28,022 nucleotides of DNA, taken from IMG/VR virus record IMGVR_UViG_3300032242_000323, positions 1-28,022 of that record. One strand, written 5' to 3'. Below, piece after piece: positions 1 to 8,011 of this stretch (position 1 is its first letter; every line of letters begins with the position of its first letter). A program made the translations under genes and the position numbers. Source of the stretch: a virus (Duplodnaviria; Caudoviricetes). The notes under the pieces were generated by a model, which was given only the letters and a program-made list of their open reading frames with translations, did no database searches and was not told the origin of the DNA.

Positions 1-51
1 ACAAGTGTTGTTGTAACAGTTTCTACTGGTTCTCGCTGGGTTATTGTGTAA
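1..51 (+). CDS. 3' end of a tail-fibre-like gene (partial)
   Basis: Frame 1 reads TSVVVTVSTGSRWVIV* with TAA at 49-51 overlapping the next ATG (TAATG). It matches the C-terminus of 1220..2272 (GIVVTIPSGSRWVIN*). Confidence 0.75.
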   Translation, partial: TSVVVTVSTGSRWVIV

Positions 52-1211
52 TGTTTGGCTTTTCAACTTTTTCACAAGCTCCATTTTCTAGCGTAGGAAC
101 CAATCCAGGAGTAGCTTATACAGCAGCCATATTGGAAGCCATATCTTCAACATTAGATTCTCCATCAGCCAGTCAAGGTTCATTTTTTTCTATAACAGAA
201 GCTATTTCTTCGGTACTTAGCGTACAAGATTCCCAAGTTGCGTTCCAAGGAGCGGTTACAGAACAAATTTTATCTGTCGCCGATTCTCCAGTAGCCTTAG
301 CTGCTTTCCAAAGCGCTATCGTAGAAGCCATTACATCCACCCTTGATGCGCAGACTGTTCAAGCCGCTTTCCAAGGCGTAGCTACAGAAATTATGACATC
401 GGCTGATTCAACAACGGTTCAAGCTGCGTTTTTGTCTGCTATTGTAGAAATAATGACCCTAGCGGATTCTGTTAATGGGGTTAGAACTGCTTATGCAGCG
501 ATTGTTGAACCTATTGTGGTTCCACCAGAAGTACCTTACACAGGATTCTTTAGCTCTATAGTTGAAGCTATTACGATTGCCGACACAACTAATGGCATTA
601 AAGGTTTTATAGACTCTATAGTAGAAACCCTAACATCAGCAGATACAGCACAAGCTAGTCAAGGAACTTTTAACTTTATCGTGGAAGCTATATCTTCCGT
701 TCTTTCCTTGCAGCCTTCTCAAGCCAATTTAGGGGTTTCTATTACCGAACCTATTACTTTGGCAAACTCCGATATTGTTGGTTTATTTGCCAGTATTGCA
801 GAACCTATTTCATCCATAATAGATTCTCCAGCGGCTCAGGCAGCTTTCCAAGGCGCTTTGGTAGAAGCTATTTCCGCTATAAATGATCCTACAACTGGGG
901 TTAATATCTTTTTTAGAAGTGTTACTGAGTCTGTTACGGCTGCTGATAATGCTGTGGCTACAGCTATATTCAATACCAGCGTATTAGAAGCAATTACTGT
1001 AGCTAATTTTGACTCTACCCAAGCCAATTACCATATGGGTATTGTTGAGAATTTTGCCATAATTGATACCATATTTGGGCGGGGCTGGTTTATAATCAAC
1101 GATAACCAAACAATTACTTGGACTGCGGTGGCAAATGGTCAGACAACTACATGGCAGAATATAGGGGATGACAATACCCCAAATTGGACAATAATTGACA
1201 ATGGGCAATAA
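51..1211 (+). CDS. Repetitive virion structural protein (putative tail/fibre component)
   Basis: 386-aa ORF, Ala/Ser/Thr/Ile-rich and almost Lys-free, built of ~19-21-aa repeats (e.g. AIVEAITSTLDAQTVQAAFQG), with Trp-containing C-terminal repeats. Lies between fibre genes. Confidence 0.6.
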   Translation: MFGFSTFSQAPFSSVGTNPGVAYTAAILEAISSTLDSPSASQGSFFSITEAISSVLSVQDSQVAFQGAVTEQILSVADSPVALAAFQSAIVEAITSTLDAQTVQAAFQGVATEIMTSADSTTVQAAFLSAIVEIMTLADSVNGVRTAYAAIVEPIVVPPEVPYTGFFSSIVEAITIADTTNGIKGFIDSIVETLTSADTAQASQGTFNFIVEAISSVLSLQPSQANLGVSITEPITLANSDIVGLFASIAEPISSIIDSPAAQAAFQGALVEAISAINDPTTGVNIFFRSVTESVTAADNAVATAIFNTSVLEAITVANFDSTQANYHMGIVENFAIIDTIFGRGWFIINDNQTITWTAVANGQTTTWQNIGDDNTPNWTIIDNGQ

Positions 1212-1219
1212 GGAATTCT

Positions 1220-2272
1220 ATGGCATCCACATATTCAACTAGCCTAAAGCTAGAACTTATAGGTACTGGTGATCAGTCTGGCACCTGGGGTGCTACGACT
1301 AATAATAACTTAGGAACCCTTCTAGAACAAGCTATTGTTGGACAAAGTACTATCACAATGGTCAATGCAGACTATACATTATCCAATGTAGACGGTGCTA
1401 CCGACCAAGCCAGAAATGCCGCAATTATCATTACAGGCACTCAAAGCGCTACATTTAGCGTAATCTGCCCAGCAGTTCAAAAGTTGTACATGATTACTAA
1501 CAATTTAGGATCTAGCGCTACGGCTTATTTTAAGCCCTCTGGCGGTACTGCAATAAGCATTGCAAACGGAAACACCATTCTTGCTTACTGTACAGGCACT
1601 ACTATGGTTCCTTTGAACTATGTGGATAAAGCGGGCGCAGCCAATATTTCTGGCGGTGCAGCAAGTCAAATCCCATATCAGACTGCAGCCAATACTACTA
1701 GCTTTATAGCTAACGGAACAAGCGGTCAAGTTCTTAAATCTAATGGTGCTTCAGTCCCAACTTGGGTGGATCAGTCAACTTTGGCTGCTGGTACTGCTGC
1801 ATTGGCTACAGCCTCCACTAACATTGCTGGCGGGATTGCTAGTCAAATTCCATACCAAACTGGGGCAAATGCTACTGGTTTTATTGCCAATGGTACAAGC
1901 GGGCAAGTATTACAGTCTAATGGCACTTCTGTTCCTTCTTGGTTATCCCAGTCTTCATTAAGCGTTGGAACAGCTACTAACATAGCTGGTGGCGCAGCAA
2001 ACCAAATACACTACCAAACAGGTTCTGGAGTAACTTCTTTTATTACAGCTCCAACGACTTTTGGTACAGCTTTAACATGGAATGGTTCAACATTTACTTG
2101 GGGAACTCCTACTGTTGCAGTGGCTAACGGGTGTGTATATGAAAATGGACAGACCATTACTTCTAACTATACAATGAGCACTGGAAGCAACGGCGAATGT
2201 GCAGGACCAATAACTGTGGCTACAGGGATAGTCGTAACCATTCCGTCTGGCAGTCGTTGGGTAATTAACTAA
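1220..2272 (+). CDS. Tail fibre protein
   Basis: SD AAGGA upstream. Gly/Thr/Ser-rich, with three internal NI(S/A)GG..SQIPYQT repeats and a C-terminal ENGQTITSNYT...GPITVATG.VVT.PSGSRWV motif typical of phage fibres. Confidence 0.75.
   Translation: MASTYSTSLKLELIGTGDQSGTWGATTNNNLGTLLEQAIVGQSTITMVNADYTLSNVDGATDQARNAAIIITGTQSATFSVICPAVQKLYMITNNLGSSATAYFKPSGGTAISIANGNTILAYCTGTTMVPLNYVDKAGAANISGGAASQIPYQTAANTTSFIANGTSGQVLKSNGASVPTWVDQSTLAAGTAALATASTNIAGGIASQIPYQTGANATGFIANGTSGQVLQSNGTSVPSWLSQSSLSVGTATNIAGGAANQIHYQTGSGVTSFITAPTTFGTALTWNGSTFTWGTPTVAVANGCVYENGQTITSNYTMSTGSNGECAGPITVATGIVVTIPSGSRWVIN
1643..2100 (+). repeat. Three diverged intragenic repeats in the tail fibre (units start at 1643, 1820, 1979)
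   Basis: NISGGAASQIPYQTAANTTSFIANGTSGQVLKSNG / NIAGGIASQIPYQTGANATGFIANGTSGQVLQSNG / NIAGGAANQIHYQTGSGVTSFI. Confidence 0.85.
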
Positions 2273-2281
2273 GGAAAAATT

Positions 2282-2653
2282 ATGGCTGGAACGCTAGTTG
2301 CAAACACAATTAATACTGATACAGGCTTATTTAGCACACAAAATGCTTATAACGGTGTTGCTAGAGCTTGGGCTACTTGGACAGGCTCTACAGGTGCAAT
2401 ACTAGGTTCATTTAATGTAAGTTCAATTACTAGAACTGCCGCAGGACAGTATACTGTTTCATTTACTACAGCTATGCCTAATGCAAATTATTCCTGCACA
2501 ACTGGTGGTGCTATGAATAGCGGTTCTAATTCTGCTTATGTTAGCACAGGCTCAGTTGGGACAAATACTGCAAGCACAGTTTATATTGGCTCTGTAAATT
2601 CTGGTGGTTATACGGATTTAGCATATATCGCTATAACTGTTCATAGTGCTTAA
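2282..2653 (+). CDS. Tail-fibre-associated small beta-rich protein (paralog 1)
   Basis: SD AAGGA. Motif ARAWATWTGSTGAILGSFNVSSITRTAAGQYTVSFTTAMPNANY; clear paralog of the next gene. Confidence 0.65.
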   Translation: MAGTLVANTINTDTGLFSTQNAYNGVARAWATWTGSTGAILGSFNVSSITRTAAGQYTVSFTTAMPNANYSCTTGGAMNSGSNSAYVSTGSVGTNTASTVYIGSVNSGGYTDLAYIAITVHSA

Positions 2654-2667
2654 TTAAAGGATAAATC

Positions 2668-3048
2668 ATGGCAGGAACAATAGTCGCTGATACTTTACAA
2701 AATGGTGCTGGAACTAGCACTTCAATGGATAATGCCATTAATGGTAGTGCAAAGGCTTGGGTAAGTTGGGTAGGTAGCACTGGTGCAGTTAGAGCTTCTT
2801 ATGGCGTAAGTTCTGTATCAAGAACTGGAACTGGAGCATTTACAATTACATTTACAAATGCTTTTTCTGACACAAATTATTGTTTTGCCTTAGGCGACCA
2901 AAGCGCATACAACAATAATTCAAACGGTGGAATACAAGTAAATCCTGCTGTAACAATAACTACAACTACAATCGGTGTAATGACAGGCACACCTAGTAAT
3001 GCTTCTTTAGGTGATTTTCCAATTAATTGCATAGCTTGTTGGCGATAA
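2668..3048 (+). CDS. Tail-fibre-associated small beta-rich protein (paralog 2)
   Basis: SD AAGGA. Motif AKAWVSWVGSTGAVRASYGVSSVSRTGTGAFTITFTNAFSDTNY; shares the MAGT(L/I)VA start with 2282..2653. Confidence 0.65.
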   Translation: MAGTIVADTLQNGAGTSTSMDNAINGSAKAWVSWVGSTGAVRASYGVSSVSRTGTGAFTITFTNAFSDTNYCFALGDQSAYNNNSNGGIQVNPAVTITTTTIGVMTGTPSNASLGDFPINCIACWR

Positions 3049-3073
3049 AAATATTTTTTAAAAAGGAAATAAA

Positions 3074-3463
3074 ATGCAAGTAATTATTCACGCAAACGAC
3101 AATGGTGGCGTATCTGTAACCGTACCGACTGGCGAAATTTCAGTTAAAGAAGTATTAGCAAAAGACTGCCCAGCAGGAGCAATCATTGTTGATGATTCAG
3201 TTCTTCCACAAGGTGCAGATGCTCAATTCTTTGATGCTTGGGAACTTAACGGTACAACTGTTACTGTTAATCTAGAAAAAGCCCGTGCATTTAAACTCAA
3301 GCAATACAACGCTGGTGCTGTTCAAGAAGCCCAGAAGCGACAACTCAACACCTTGGCTGGCATTGATAACGCAGTAAGCGATGCAGACTTTATGGCTAAG
3401 TTACAAGCTAACCGTGCCGCTATTGCTAGTGCAACAACTACTGCCGAATTAGCGGCTATTTAA
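3074..3463 (+). CDS. Putative tail fibre assembly/chaperone protein
   Basis: SD AAGGA. 129 aa directly after the fibre genes, with IVDDSVLP...FFDAW followed by a helical C-terminus (AAIASATTTAELAAI) as in fibre chaperones. Confidence 0.5.
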   Translation: MQVIIHANDNGGVSVTVPTGEISVKEVLAKDCPAGAIIVDDSVLPQGADAQFFDAWELNGTTVTVNLEKARAFKLKQYNAGAVQEAQKRQLNTLAGIDNAVSDADFMAKLQANRAAIASATTTAELAAI

Positions 3464-3472
3464 GGATATATT

Positions 3473-4006
3473 ATGGCTTTAGTTCTTGATGGGTCAAATG
3501 GAGTCACTTTTCCAAGTGGAGCTGTTTCTAATGGAATTGTTAGTGGTACTACAGTAGCCTCCACATCTGGCACTGCTATTACATTTAGTGTACCAACTAC
3601 AACCAAAAGAATTACTGTAATGTTAAGCGGAGTTTCTTGTAGTGGATCTGCTGAAGTTATTTTTAGACTTGGAACATCAGGTGGTATCCAATCAACTGGC
3701 TATTTAACTGCTAGCTGTGTTGTAGCTGGTGGCACTGCCGCTGCTAATGATACAACAGGATTTCGTCTTTATAATAATAGTGGAGCGGCTGCTGACGTAA
3801 GAAACGGAAGTATAATTTTTTCTCTTCTTGATTCTGCAACTGGAACTTGGACTGGGTCTGGTATATTTGGTCAGTCTGATTCAGCTAGGGTTGGTTCAAT
3901 TGGTGGTTCTAAAGCATTATCTGGAAATATAACTCAAGTACAAATAACTACAACAAACGGTACAGATACATTTACTGCTGGCAAAATTAACATTCTTTAC
4001 GAGTAA
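3473..4006 (+). CDS. Tail-associated structural protein
   Basis: SD AAGGA. 177-aa Gly/Ser/Thr-rich beta protein ending TFTAGKINILYE, within the fibre cluster. Confidence 0.55.
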   Translation: MALVLDGSNGVTFPSGAVSNGIVSGTTVASTSGTAITFSVPTTTKRITVMLSGVSCSGSAEVIFRLGTSGGIQSTGYLTASCVVAGGTAAANDTTGFRLYNNSGAAADVRNGSIIFSLLDSATGTWTGSGIFGQSDSARVGSIGGSKALSGNITQVQITTTNGTDTFTAGKINILYE

Positions 4007-4007
4007 T

Positions 4008-4199
4008 ATGATGCCTATGCACAAGTCGAAGACTATGTGGTTCTCTTTGGCTTTGGTCATTGTTGGGTCTTTGTACGACAATATATCTTATTTGCAAAGC
4101 ATTATTGACCCCAAGTATTACGGAATTATTCTTGTTGGCATTGGAATTGTTTGCGCTGTTCTGCGTTTTTATACCACCCAGCCTCTGGATGAAAAATGA
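4008..4199 (+). CDS. Holin (two TM segments)
   Basis: 63 aa with a basic N-terminus (HKSKT) and two hydrophobic helices; immediately upstream of spanin and endolysin. Confidence 0.7.
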   Translation: MMPMHKSKTMWFSLALVIVGSLYDNISYLQSIIDPKYYGIILVGIGIVCAVLRFYTTQPLDEK

Positions 4200-4594
4200 T
4201 CGATCATGTCAAAATTATCATTATTGCTGTTATTCTTTCTACTGTTTTTGGCAGTGGCTGGTGGTTGGGCAATTCACGATATGTTGAGTACAAGAAGTCG
4301 GTTGAAGCTGTCGCAAAAGCACAAGAAGAAAAAGTTAAATCCATTCGGTCACAGCAGGAACTCGTAACTAAAGGAATCAAAGATGAATATGATGCGAAAC
4401 TTAGTCTTTTGCGCCAGTATTATGCTAACGGGGTGCGCAAGTCCAGTAGCGGTTCAGTGCCCACCAATCCCCTATCCACCATCCCAACTGATGCTGTCTC
4501 CTCCTACAATGTTCTTGCTGGACAATGCGCAGAAACCACCCTCCAACTTGTAGAATTACAAAAGTGGTTAAATGAACAAATTGGTATCAAATGA
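4196..4594 (+). CDS. Rz: Rz-like inner-membrane spanin
   Basis: N-terminal TM (IIIIAVILSTVFGSGWWLG) followed by a coiled-coil; contains a lipoprotein gene in its +1 frame; ATGA overlaps at both ends. Confidence 0.85.
   Translation: MIDHVKIIIIAVILSTVFGSGWWLGNSRYVEYKKSVEAVAKAQEEKVKSIRSQQELVTKGIKDEYDAKLSLLRQYYANGVRKSSSGSVPTNPLSTIPTDAVSSYNVLAGQCAETTLQLVELQKWLNEQIGIK
4383..4553 (+). CDS. Rz1: Rz1-like outer-membrane spanin lipoprotein embedded in Rz (not in ORF track)
   Basis: Manual +1-frame translation: MNMMRNLVFCASIMLTGCASPVAVQCPPIPYPPSQLMLSPPTMFLLDNAQKPPSNL* (56 aa). Lipobox LTGC, Pro-rich mature part, SD AAGGA at 4371-4375. Confidence 0.88.
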   Translation: MNMMRNLVFCASIMLTGCASPVAVQCPPIPYPPSQLMLSPPTMFLLDNAQKPPSNL

Positions 4595-5178
4595 CATACG
4601 ACCAATTAGACAGGCTTGGTATTGACCATAAATGGCTTGCTCCGCTAGAGGCTGCTTTTGTTAAATATGATATTAGTACTACTGTGCGCCAAGCAGCGTT
4701 TATTGGTCAGTGTGCTCATGAATCTGGAAATTTCAAGATTCTTCAAGAAAATTTAAATTACAGCGCTGCTTCACTTATGCGTGTTTGGTCTAGCAGATTT
4801 CCCAGTATCGATGTGGCTGAACAATATGCAAACAATCCAGAAAAAATAGCAAATAAAGTTTACGCAGGACGCATGGGCAACACCGAAGAAGGTGATGGTT
4901 GGAAATACCACGGGCGTGGATTAATACAGCTTACTGGCAGGGAAAACTATGCAAACTGCGGATCTGGTTTGGGTGTGGATTTTATTGGGAATCCTGATTG
5001 GCTTCTTGATCCTAAATATGCGGCTCTAAGTGCTGCTTGGTTTTGGAACAAGAAGGGTTTAAACGCCTTGGCGGATGCCCAAGACTACGATACAATGACT
5101 AAACGCATTAATGGCGGTTTACTTGGGCTTGACGATAGAAAAGCTAAAATTGCCAAAGCAATCTCAGTACTAGGGTAA
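4591..5178 (+). CDS. Endolysin, glycoside hydrolase family 19
   Basis: GH19 motifs FIGQCAHESGNF..ENLNYS, YHGRGLIQLTGRENY, AAWFW, TKRINGG. Confidence 0.92.
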   Translation: MTYDQLDRLGIDHKWLAPLEAAFVKYDISTTVRQAAFIGQCAHESGNFKILQENLNYSAASLMRVWSSRFPSIDVAEQYANNPEKIANKVYAGRMGNTEEGDGWKYHGRGLIQLTGRENYANCGSGLGVDFIGNPDWLLDPKYAALSAAWFWNKKGLNALADAQDYDTMTKRINGGLLGLDDRKAKIAKAISVLG

Positions 5179-5184
5179 ACCAGC

Positions 5185-7065
5185 ATGACAATGCAAAAGT
5201 TACAATTTAAGCCTGGTGTTAATAGAGACCAGAGTAACTATACCAATGAAGGTGGTTGGTATGCTTGTGACCGTATTCGTTTTCGTTCTGGACAACCCCA
5301 AAAGATTGGTGGTTGGGTTAAGGCTACTGCACAAGTTCTGATTGGTGTTTGCCGTCAGATGTTTACTTGGATTAGTAGCTTTTCAGATAACCTAATGGCG
5401 GTTGGAACCAATGCAAAACTTTATATTGATGCTGGTAGTAATCTTTATGATATTACTCCCCTTCAGCATACTTCTACTACTTTAGGTGCAGCGGCTGGAC
5501 CGTTTACAGCATCAGCAGGATCTACCACGATCACTGTTTCTTACTCTACAGATACTACTTACAACCCAACTGTAGGTAACTATGTCACTTTTGCTGGCGC
5601 TACTGGGCTTGGTGGGGCTATTACTGCTGCCGTTCTTAACGCCAAATACGGGTACAAGATTACGGCTGTAAACACTACAGCTAAGACATATACCTTTACT
5701 GCCACAGTATCAGCAACCTCTGGCGATACCAACAAAGGTGGAGCAACTGTTACCGCTTACTATGACATTGATGTTGGTCCAGTAATAAATACCTATGGTT
5801 ATGGCTGGGGTACTGGTTCTTGGGGTAGTGGTGGCTGGGGAGTTGGCGGAGTAACACCAATCAAAATTTACCAGCGTGATTGGTTTATGGATAATTTTGA
5901 TAATGATCTAGTATGTAATATCCGCAATGGAACCCCTTATTACTGGGCATTAGATGCCACTTTTGGATCTAGAGCCATTCCTTTGGCTTCTGTAGCTGGA
6001 GCGTCCGATGTTCCTACAACTGTCATGCAGTTATTGGTTTCTCAAGGTGATAAGCACCTTTTAGCTTTTGGAGCCACAGCATATGCTGGCGTTACTTTTG
6101 ACCCATTATTAATTCGCTGGTCTAATCAAGATGAACCGCAAAACTTTACCCCATTGGTAACAAATTCCGCTGGTTTTGTTAGGGTTTCACGGGGAGACCG
6201 AATTATACGGGCTATCCCAACTCGCCAAGAGATATTGGTATTTACTAATGCTACCTTAAACTCATTGCAATTCTTGGGTACTACTGATGTATTTGGATTA
6301 CAAGAACTCTCAGATAATATTTCTATAGCTGGTCCTCGTGCCGTAACTACAGTAAGTAGCCAAGCATTCTGGATGGGAACAGATAAGTTTTATGTTTATT
6401 CTGGTCGTGTAGACACGCTTCCTTGCACCCTTAGAAACCATGTGTTTGAGAACATTAACTTTGACCAAATGGATCAAGTAGTTTGCGGAACCAATGAGCA
6501 ATGGAATGAGGTGTGGTGGGCTTACCCAACAAAAAATAGCAATACCAATGATGCCTATGTAATCTACAACCATTTTGACAGAATTTGGTACTACGGGTCT
6601 ATTAACCGCACAGCTTGGAATGACAGCCCATTACGTCCATATCCACAGGCTGCTGGTGGTGCAGATGGTTCTCAGTATATCTACAACCACGAAGAAGGTG
6701 TAGATGACGACTTATTGCCCATGTCTTCTTATATCCAGTCTTCAGACTTTGATATTGTGGATGGAGAACAGTTCTTATTAATTAAACGTATTATTCCCGA
6801 TATTGAATTTGAAGGATCTGATCTAGGGGAAAACCCTAATCCCGCTATTACTATGACGATGATGCCAAGAAACTTTCCAGGCGCAGCATATTCAACTTCG
6901 CCTTCTAAGAGCGTAATAGAAACACAAGTAAATCAATATACTAACCAAATTTACTTAAGGGCTAGAGCACGTCAAATGGGATTTATGATTAGTTCTGCTG
7001 ATATAGGTGTCCAATGGCAATTAGGTAGCCCTCGTTTAGACGGCAGACCAGATGGAAGACGTTAA
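5185..7065 (+). CDS. Tail tubular/DNA-stabilisation protein (P22 gp10 / T7 gp12-like)
   Basis: 626 aa, Trp/Asp/Gly-rich beta-propeller-like composition (IRWSNQDEP, EVWWAYP, WYYGSINRTAW); located just before the ejection genes. Confidence 0.65.
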   Translation: MTMQKLQFKPGVNRDQSNYTNEGGWYACDRIRFRSGQPQKIGGWVKATAQVLIGVCRQMFTWISSFSDNLMAVGTNAKLYIDAGSNLYDITPLQHTSTTLGAAAGPFTASAGSTTITVSYSTDTTYNPTVGNYVTFAGATGLGGAITAAVLNAKYGYKITAVNTTAKTYTFTATVSATSGDTNKGGATVTAYYDIDVGPVINTYGYGWGTGSWGSGGWGVGGVTPIKIYQRDWFMDNFDNDLVCNIRNGTPYYWALDATFGSRAIPLASVAGASDVPTTVMQLLVSQGDKHLLAFGATAYAGVTFDPLLIRWSNQDEPQNFTPLVTNSAGFVRVSRGDRIIRAIPTRQEILVFTNATLNSLQFLGTTDVFGLQELSDNISIAGPRAVTTVSSQAFWMGTDKFYVYSGRVDTLPCTLRNHVFENINFDQMDQVVCGTNEQWNEVWWAYPTKNSNTNDAYVIYNHFDRIWYYGSINRTAWNDSPLRPYPQAAGGADGSQYIYNHEEGVDDDLLPMSSYIQSSDFDIVDGEQFLLIKRIIPDIEFEGSDLGENPNPAITMTMMPRNFPGAAYSTSPSKSVIETQVNQYTNQIYLRARARQMGFMISSADIGVQWQLGSPRLDGRPDGRR

Positions 7066-7247
7066 TGGCAAACTATAAAGTACGCTCTCCAGCTCTTCCA
7101 ATACAGCCAAAAGAATATGATTTTAGTCAAATGGATCAATTTCAGAATGCACTTCGTCTGTACTTTAACCGCTTGGATCAATACAACATTAAAGCCTCTA
7201 CTGAACAAAACTCAGCTAATGTGCTTCTTTGGTTAGGGATCATGTAA
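7065..7247 (+). CDS. Small virion-associated hypothetical protein
   Basis: 60 aa, TAATG coupling at both ends; helical segment QFQNALRLYFNRLD. Confidence 0.6.
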   Translation: MANYKVRSPALPIQPKEYDFSQMDQFQNALRLYFNRLDQYNIKASTEQNSANVLLWLGIM

Positions 7248-7582
7248 TGGCTTTTTACGATATAACCCCAGTACTTTTAGGTCAGGCATCAATTACAGGC
7301 ACTATAGCAACGCTATATACGGCTCCTTTAAATGTTCGTACTTTTGTAAAAGACTTAAATATTTGTAATACTGGAGCAACACCAGTCACAGTAAATGTCC
7401 ATTTAGTACCCAATGGAAGCACTGCAACCACAGCAAACGCCATTTTGTATGGGTATTCAATTACAGGAAATACTACCTACCGCTGGACTGGAATACAAAT
7501 TATGAATGAATTTGGCACTATCCAAGTTAAGGGTTCTACCACTGGATTAACTATCACTGCTAGTGGCGCAGAAGCTATTTAA
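7247..7582 (+). CDS. Hypothetical structural protein (start revised to ATG 7247)
   Basis: ATG 7247 overlaps the upstream TAA (TAATG); 111-aa beta-rich protein starting MAFYDITP and containing TLYTAP. Confidence 0.6.
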   Translation: MAFYDITPVLLGQASITGTIATLYTAPLNVRTFVKDLNICNTGATPVTVNVHLVPNGSTATTANAILYGYSITGNTTYRWTGIQIMNEFGTIQVKGSTTGLTITASGAEAI

Positions 7583-7584
7583 CA

Positions 7585-7593
7585 TGATAAAAT
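7585..7593 (+). promoter_or_regulatory. Possible extended -10 promoter (TGaTAAAAT) upstream of the ejection-protein block
   Basis: TGnTAAAAT lies in the 39-bp gap 7583-7621; no recognisable -35. Confidence 0.3.
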
Positions 7594-7621
7594 TAACTCC
7601 AAATACCCTTAAGAGGCTTTT

Positions 7622-8011
7622 ATGTTCAATGTAGACCAAGAGCTACCTGCGTCCCAAATCATTATGAATGATGCCCATGCTAAAGCATTTGGGGCAGAAA
7701 AGGTCGTCCAAGGGATTAATAACTTAGTCCAGTCTGGTAAAGCTATTTTAGTACAACATAATAACTCTGTTATTGTTTTGATTAATCTTGGAGATGGTTC
7801 CTCTGAAATCCATCTTTATACAGTAGAACCTCCCCACAAATTGGCTTCTTCAATGAAATACTTCCACGATGAGCTTGTTAAATCTGGGATTCAAAAAGTA
7901 TATGGCACTGAAATGCCAGAAAAGAAGTTGATTAAACTTATGTTGGCGGTGGGCATCCCTGTCGATAAGTCAGATAAACCCGATTACTATTGGATGGCTC
8001 CAGTACAATGA
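7622..8011 (+). CDS. Hypothetical protein, possibly GNAT-fold (T7 gp13-like position)
   Basis: SD GAGG. 129 aa alpha/beta; syntenic position between tail protein and ejection proteins. The fold assignment is inference. Confidence 0.45.
   Translation: MFNVDQELPASQIIMNDAHAKAFGAEKVVQGINNLVQSGKAILVQHNNSVIVLINLGDGSSEIHLYTVEPPHKLASSMKYFHDELVKSGIQKVYGTEMPEKKLIKLMLAVGIPVDKSDKPDYYWMAPVQ

Noticed and set aside
1220-3048. Possible diversity-generating retroelement or invertible fibre segment
   Set aside because: Repeats differ at all base types rather than only adenines; no reverse transcriptase or invertase in the window.
4060-4287. 75-aa hydrophobic ORF overlapping holin and Rz
   Set aside because: No clear SD or lipobox; explained as a shadow of two TM-coding genes.
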